The notes below the pieces were generated by a model that was not told where the DNA came from, searched no databases, and saw only the letters and a program-made list of their open reading frames with translations. From positions 152,394 through 216,393 of the forward strand of contig JABHSK010000001.1 in assembly GCA_018669975.1 (NCBI GenBank): 64,000 bases of DNA, given 5' to 3'. This DNA comes from Candidatus Parcubacteria bacterium. GTDB lineage: Bacteria; Patescibacteriota; Patescibacteriia; UBA1558; GWA2-36-10. The position numbers were made by a program, and so were the translations under genes. Below, piece by piece: positions 58,863 through 64,000 of this stretch (positions are counted from its first letter, which is position 1; every line of letters begins with the position of its first letter).

Positions 58863-59945
58863 TTAAAACCAAGATTTTTTATCTTTGATAAGCTCTTCAT
58901 TGAGCTCTTCTAGAAGTTTCTTTTGTTTTTTACTAAGCTTGGTGGGCACATCTACATTAATTATCACTATTTGATCTCCCCTGCCTCTAGATTTAAGATG
59001 CGTAACACCCTTGTCCTTGAGAATAAACTTTTTACCAGATGGAGTGCCAGCTGGTATTTTTAGTTTAACTTGGCCGTCTATGGTTTTAACTTTGATATCC
59101 CCACCTAGAGCAGTCATCGTAAAAGGCACATCGTATTCAGTGACAAGATCAAAACCTTGTCTTTCAAAACCAGCTTCTGGTTTGACGTGAATATTAATAT
59201 AAAGATCACCAGCGGCTGATCCATTCTTACCAGCATTACCTTGTCCGGCTAGACGAATAGCTTGCCCTTCATCAATACCAGCCGGAATCTCAGCTTTGAT
59301 ATCAGCATTCTCTGTAATTACTCCCTGCCCACTGCAAGCACCACATTTATCCTTGATAGTCTTACCTTTACCTCTGCAATCTGGACAGACTGTCTGCGTA
59401 CGAAAAGTACCCATCACTGTAGTGGTTACTTTACCACTACCGCCACAAGTCTTACATTCATCATAGGCGGTACCTTTGTCAGCACCAGTGCCGTGGCAAG
59501 GCTCACAACTATTTTGTTTACGGATAGAAACGGTCTGACTAATGCCAAAAACTGCTTCTTTGAGACTAATTTCTAGATCAACTTCAATGTCAGAGCCCCT
59601 CTGGCTACGTGTATTGCCCGTAGGGCCACCTCCATTAAAAAAGCTAGAGAATATATCACCTAAATCAAAATCTACATTCTGAGCGCCACCAAAGCCTTGG
59701 GCAAATGGATTACCACCGCCAAAGCCTTGGGCACCATCAAAAGTAGTGCCAAATTGATCGTACTGTTGGCGTTTTTCCTGATTACCGAGCACCTGATAAG
59801 CTTCATTTATTTCCTTGAACTTATCAACGTCGCCAGTGGTTTTATCAGGATGATATTGATGAGCTAGCTTGCGAAAAGCTTTTTTAACATCAGCCTCATT
59901 AGCACCTTTATCAACTCCTAATATTTTGTAATAGTCTTTTCCCAT
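58863..59945 (-). CDS. dnaJ: Chaperone DnaJ
   Basis: HPD J-domain, G/F region, four CxxCxGxG repeats. Confidence 0.98.
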   Translation of the reverse strand: MGKDYYKILGVDKGANEADVKKAFRKLAHQYHPDKTTGDVDKFKEINEAYQVLGNQEKRQQYDQFGTTFDGAQGFGGGNPFAQGFGGAQNVDFDLGDIFSSFFNGGGPTGNTRSQRGSDIEVDLEISLKEAVFGISQTVSIRKQNSCEPCHGTGADKGTAYDECKTCGGSGKVTTTVMGTFRTQTVCPDCRGKGKTIKDKCGACSGQGVITENADIKAEIPAGIDEGQAIRLAGQGNAGKNGSAAGDLYINIHVKPEAGFERQGFDLVTEYDVPFTMTALGGDIKVKTIDGQVKLKIPAGTPSGKKFILKDKGVTHLKSRGRGDQIVIINVDVPTKLSKKQKKLLEELNEELIKDKKSWF

Positions 59946-61886
59946 TTATTTTTTATCTTTCTTATCCTTGTTCTTATCCTCGTCTTTGACTTCTTCAAAG
60001 TCACCTTCCACAGCATCCTTATCGGCCTTTTTATCTTTATCATCTTCCTTGGCTGCTTCTGGACCAGCTGCGCCAGCAGCTCCTTGCTGTTGTTGATACA
60101 TAGAAGCACCAACAGTCTGCACTGTCTCTTCCATATTAGCTACAGCTTTTTTGATTACCTCTAAGTCTTGGCTGTCTTTAACTTTTTTCATTTCATCTAC
60201 CTTGTCTTGCATTTTCTTCTTATCCTCATCTTTAAGTTTATCTTTGTTTTCTTTAATAAACTTTTCAGTTTGGAAAATAATATTTTCAGCATTATTCCTT
60301 ACTTCAACCTCTTCTTTCTTTTTTTTGTCCTCTTCAGCATGCACCTCAGCATCTTTAGTCATCTTTTCAATTTCATCATCTGCTAAACCTGAAGATGATT
60401 TGATAGTAATAGACTGTTCTTTACTAGTAGCTTTATCCACTGCTTTAACATTTAAAATACCATTAGCATCGATGTCAAAACTAACCTCAACCTGTGGAAC
60501 ACCACGTGGTGCTGGAGGAATACCTGACAAAGTAAATCTACCCAATGTCTTGTTGTCAGCAGCCATCTCACGCTCACCTTGTAAGACATGAATTTCAACC
60601 GTATCTTGATTATCAGCAGCAGTTGAAAAAACCTGAGTCTTATTAGATGGGATAGTAGTATTTCTTTCAATCAAAGGAGTACGTACACCACCTAGAGTCT
60701 CTAAACCTAAAGTCAATGGAGTAACATCCAAAAGTAAAACGTCTTTAACATCACCTTGTAGTACGCCAGCTTGAACAGCGGCACCCATAGCTACTACCTC
60801 ATCTGGATTTACAGAAATATTTGGTTTTTTACCAAAAAACTCTTCTACTTTTTGTTGGACCAGTGGCATTCTTGTCATACCACCAACCATAACAATCTCT
60901 TCTATATCTTTAATATCTAATTTAGCATCTTTAAGAGCTTTTTTACATGGCTCCAGGGTCTTAGCTACCAATTCACCAACCAACTCTTCTAATTTAGCTC
61001 TAGTTAATTTCATTACCAAATGTTTTGGCCCTGATTCATCAGTAGTTATGAATGGTTGGTTTATTTCAGTTTCCATTGAAGATGACAATTCAATCTTGGC
61101 TTTTTCAGCAGATTCTTTAAGTCTCTGCAAAGCTAAAGTGTCTTTTGACAAATCAATACCTTCTTGTGATTTATATTCATCTAAAATCCAGTTGATTAAT
61201 ACTTGATCGAAATCATCACCACCTAGATGAGTATCACCATTAGTAGCTTTTACTTCAACTGTATCAGCTGAAACATCTAGAATAGAAATATCAAAAGTAC
61301 CACCACCTAGGTCATAGACAGCAATCTGTTGATCTTTCTTTTTATCAAAACCATAGGCCAGCGCAGCAGCAGTCGGCTCATTGATAATACGTTTAACTTC
61401 CAAACCTGCAATTTTACCTGCATCTTTAGTAGCCTGACGTTGTGAGTCATCAAAGTAAGCTGGAACAGTAATAACTGCCTCTTTGACTTCTTCACCCAAT
61501 CTTTCTTCGGCATCAGCTTTGATCTTCTGCAAAATCATAGCAGAAACTTCCTGAGGACTATGTTCTTTGTCTCCCATTTTTACTTTAACACCTTCACCGG
61601 CCTGAACAATCTTGTAAGGCACAGTTTCAATGTCTTCTTTTATTTCAGCATCACTATATTTACGTCCAATTAATCTTTTGACTGAAAAAATAGTGTTTTC
61701 TGGATTAGTAACTGCCTGCCGTTTGGCTGGCAAACCAGCTAATCTTTCACCATTTTTGGACATAGCAACAATAGATGGTGTAGTACGAGAACCCTCTTTA
61801 TTTTCCAAAATCTTTGGTTTTCCACCTTCAACAATAGCAAAGGCTGAATTTGTGGTTCCTAAATCAATTCCTAAAATCTTTGGCAT
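59946..61886 (-). CDS. dnaK: Chaperone DnaK
   Basis: [23 protein letters not shown] motifs. Confidence 0.99.
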   Translation of the reverse strand: MPKILGIDLGTTNSAFAIVEGGKPKILENKEGSRTTPSIVAMSKNGERLAGLPAKRQAVTNPENTIFSVKRLIGRKYSDAEIKEDIETVPYKIVQAGEGVKVKMGDKEHSPQEVSAMILQKIKADAEERLGEEVKEAVITVPAYFDDSQRQATKDAGKIAGLEVKRIINEPTAAALAYGFDKKKDQQIAVYDLGGGTFDISILDVSADTVEVKATNGDTHLGGDDFDQVLINWILDEYKSQEGIDLSKDTLALQRLKESAEKAKIELSSSMETEINQPFITTDESGPKHLVMKLTRAKLEELVGELVAKTLEPCKKALKDAKLDIKDIEEIVMVGGMTRMPLVQQKVEEFFGKKPNISVNPDEVVAMGAAVQAGVLQGDVKDVLLLDVTPLTLGLETLGGVRTPLIERNTTIPSNKTQVFSTAADNQDTVEIHVLQGEREMAADNKTLGRFTLSGIPPAPRGVPQVEVSFDIDANGILNVKAVDKATSKEQSITIKSSSGLADDEIEKMTKDAEVHAEEDKKKKEEVEVRNNAENIIFQTEKFIKENKDKLKDEDKKKMQDKVDEMKKVKDSQDLEVIKKAVANMEETVQTVGASMYQQQQGAAGAAGPEAAKEDDKDKKADKDAVEGDFEEVKDEDKNKDKKDKK

Positions 61887-61890
61887 ATAA

Positions 61891-62226
61891 TTATGTTAAT
61901 TTCTTTAAATTATTAATTAATTCTTTTTTGCTTATTAAATATTGAATATCTAGCACATCATTATCAGACAAATCATCTTGACCAGCAAAATCCATTACTT
62001 CCTGTGGTTTAAGATCAGTTAGGATGGCATTGCCGATTACCCCTTGAGGTAGGCTGGCAAACTTGGTCAATAGATTGGCCCCACAACTTTTGCAGGTAGC
62101 ATAGGTCAATAAGCCATATTCATTTTCGTCGAGCACTTGAATCATTGATTGTTGGTAATCCATATTACAAACTGGACACTTTTTAATCAGTTTTAGATTC
62201 AGCGGTGATTGAAAGTTGTTTATCAT
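61891..62226 (-). CDS. Zn-ribbon hypothetical protein in the heat-shock operon
   Basis: CPVC...CKSC. Confidence 0.75.
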   Translation of the reverse strand: MINNFQSPLNLKLIKKCPVCNMDYQQSMIQVLDENEYGLLTYATCKSCGANLLTKFASLPQGVIGNAILTDLKPQEVMDFAGQDDLSDNDVLDIQYLISKKELINNLKKLT

Positions 62227-62628
62227 TTATTTTTTATTATTTATATTGATCTTTATGCTCTTGGACTTGCTTTGTTTTTTCTTTGGTAAAATTACTTTAA
62301 GTAGGCCGTTTTTAAAATCAGCCTTGGCTTTATCAGCATCTACAGAGGCTGGCAACATAACTGAACGATGAAATGAACCACTACGCACTTCTTTGCGATA
62401 GTAATTCTTTTCCTCTATTTCGCTAGTTGCTTGTCTCTGACCATCTATAGTCAACACGTCCTCATTTATATTAATTTCTACATCTTCCGGCTTAATGCCA
62501 GCTAAAGTGGCTTCAACAATAACTTCCTGACCCTCTTCATAAACATCCACAGCTGGTACAAAATTGGAAAGACTTTTCTCCAAACTATCAAATGTGTCTA
62601 AAAATGGACTCCATGGTATAAGTGACAT
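62227..62628 (-). CDS. Hsp20/alpha-crystallin small heat-shock protein
   Basis: PAVDVYE, GSFHRS, A.FKNGLL.V.LPK motifs. Confidence 0.93.
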   Translation of the reverse strand: MSLIPWSPFLDTFDSLEKSLSNFVPAVDVYEEGQEVIVEATLAGIKPEDVEININEDVLTIDGQRQATSEIEEKNYYRKEVRSGSFHRSVMLPASVDADKAKADFKNGLLKVILPKKKQSKSKSIKININNKK

Positions 62629-62651
62629 AATAATGTTTCCTTTCTATTTTA

Positions 62652-63137
62652 TTATTTATGATTATTGATTATTACTTTTGCAGGTCGGATAACTACATTT
62701 TTTAATTTATATCCTGCTAATTTTTCTTCCACGATAACTTGATCATCTTGATCTGCCTCATTAACCTCGCCGACAGCTTCATGCCAATATGGATCAAATT
62801 TTTGATTGCCTGTCTCAATCTGTTCAACTTTATGATCATCTAAAAATGTCTGCCACATCTTTAAGATGTGCTCTAAACCAATTGCCCAAGATTCTTTTTG
62901 TTGATCAGTTGGTATATGTTTGATGGCTGTACGATAGTTATCAAATATAGGTAACAACTCAAGAATAAACGCATTGGTAGTGAAGTCAGACATACTGGAT
63001 AATCTTTTATCTGATTCTTTCTGTAAATTTTGATAATCAGCTAGAGCTTTTTTCCAACCAGCCAAATGTTCAGCTGCTTTAATTTCTAACTCCTCTGTCT
63101 TACTAAGTTTCTTTTCTTTCTTCTTATCTTTTTTCAT
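62652..63137 (-). CDS. grpE: Nucleotide exchange factor GrpE
   Basis: ADYQNL, FDPYWHEAV, GY.L...VIRPAKV motifs. Confidence 0.95.
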   Translation of the reverse strand: MKKDKKKEKKLSKTEELEIKAAEHLAGWKKALADYQNLQKESDKRLSSMSDFTTNAFILELLPIFDNYRTAIKHIPTDQQKESWAIGLEHILKMWQTFLDDHKVEQIETGNQKFDPYWHEAVGEVNEADQDDQVIVEEKLAGYKLKNVVIRPAKVIINNHK

Positions 63138-63797
63138 TTATTTTATAATTTTAACTGTTTGTTCTAAAAGTCCTAAAACTCGATTATAATCCATACGAAC
63201 TGGCCCCAAGATAGCCAAAATTTCTCTACCAGGCAATGGTGTGATGGCCACTGAACAATGCTCGGAAAAAGGATTATCCTGCCCCAACAGTACTTGCGGT
63301 TCAGAAATATTATCATAAACATCTGCAATAGCTTTTTCCAAAGAATCGACCACCTGACTCATGGATAGCACCATTTTATAATCTTCAAACTCTGGTTGTG
63401 AAAATAAGTTGAATAAACCCGTAAAATACATATCATTGGCTGCAAAGCCGACAATAGTAGCCAAATTGGTTTTTTCAACCAAAAGCTTAGCCAAATCACG
63501 TATATCCTTTTTATAAGCTATTCTTAATTCATCTTGCTCCTTATCAGTTGGCTCTTTGACTGATAGTAAATTATCTAGATAAAATCTATAACCCAAAACA
63601 GTTGGGATACGTCCAGCTGAAGTGTGCGGTTGCATGATATAGCCTTGTTGCTCCAAAGCATACATAGCATTACGAATAGTGGCTGGACTAACATCAAATT
63701 TTTTACTCTCGGCTAACACTGAAGAGCCAACTGGCTTAGCTGTCTGGGTGTAGATCTCAACTATGGCTTTGAGTAATTTTTGATCTCTATTTTCCAT
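63138..63797 (-). CDS. hrcA: Heat-inducible repressor HrcA (short form)
   Basis: PVGS, SPATIRN, QPHTSAGRIPT, GPVRMDY motifs; start at ATG 63797. Confidence 0.93.
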   Translation of the reverse strand: MENRDQKLLKAIVEIYTQTAKPVGSSVLAESKKFDVSPATIRNAMYALEQQGYIMQPHTSAGRIPTVLGYRFYLDNLLSVKEPTDKEQDELRIAYKKDIRDLAKLLVEKTNLATIVGFAANDMYFTGLFNLFSQPEFEDYKMVLSMSQVVDSLEKAIADVYDNISEPQVLLGQDNPFSEHCSVAITPLPGREILAILGPVRMDYNRVLGLLEQTVKIIK

Positions 63798-63816
63798 GTA
63801 TATTATTATAAAGTAA

Positions 63817-63843
63817 TTAGCACTCTCAGTCAAGGAGTGCTAA
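63817..63843. promoter_or_regulatory. CIRCE element (HrcA operator)
   Basis: Perfect TTAGCACTC-N9-GAGTGCTAA directly upstream of hrcA. Confidence 0.97.
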
Positions 63844-63921
63844 CAGCTATGATGCCACCCTTCCCTGTCGGGTATACAAAAAACCAACCCCTCATAGAGA
63901 GGTGGGGGTTTTTTAAATAAT

Positions 63922-64000
63922 TTATTCTTTTCTTAAAGCAGTAATAGGGTCCAACCTAGCAGCTTTTCTAGCTGGATAAAGCCCAAAGATAAGACCTACC
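63922..64000 (-). CDS. C-terminus of a MacB/FtsX-type ABC permease (partial)
   Basis: ...GLIFGLYPARKAARLDPITALRKE*. Confidence 0.85.
   Translation of the reverse strand, partial: VGLIFGLYPARKAARLDPITALRKE

Noticed and set aside
1-64000. Alternative genetic code (TGA recoding as in Gracilibacteria/SR1)
   Set aside because: Core genes are full length in code 11, and TGA serves as a stop in several genes (for example the vWA gene at 23610).

Overview
This window looks like a small-genome bacterium, probably Patescibacteria/CPR (Parcubacteria-like); that is an inference from gene content, AT-richness and the lack of Shine-Dalgarno (SD) sites on core genes. The AT-rich core includes fba, tpiA, scpAB, aspS, asnS, argS, dnaB, recR, rplU, rpmG, seven intact tRNAs and the CIRCE-hrcA-grpE-hsp20-dnaK-dnaJ operon. 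It is interleaved with visibly higher-GC accessory cassettes. The left edge is a tRNA-Thr-anchored integrase/methyltransferase island, with an orphan tRNA-Thr 5' half beside an intact copy. Main observations: (1) An NrtR-controlled ~10 kb operon joins a TerY-P-like triad (PP2C, kinase, vWA) to a deamidating NAD-recycling set (PncA, NUDIX, SLOG-like protein, PncB, plant-type class II Prs, NadE) but has no NadD/NadM. (2) Most accessory cassettes share one expression layout: sigma70 promoter, rRNA boxA-like motif, strong GGAGG SD, intrinsic terminator. Core genes largely lack it. (3) A tandem cluster of three candidate structured ncRNAs lies at ~8.3-8.9 kb, two of them with anti-SD/C-rich loops.
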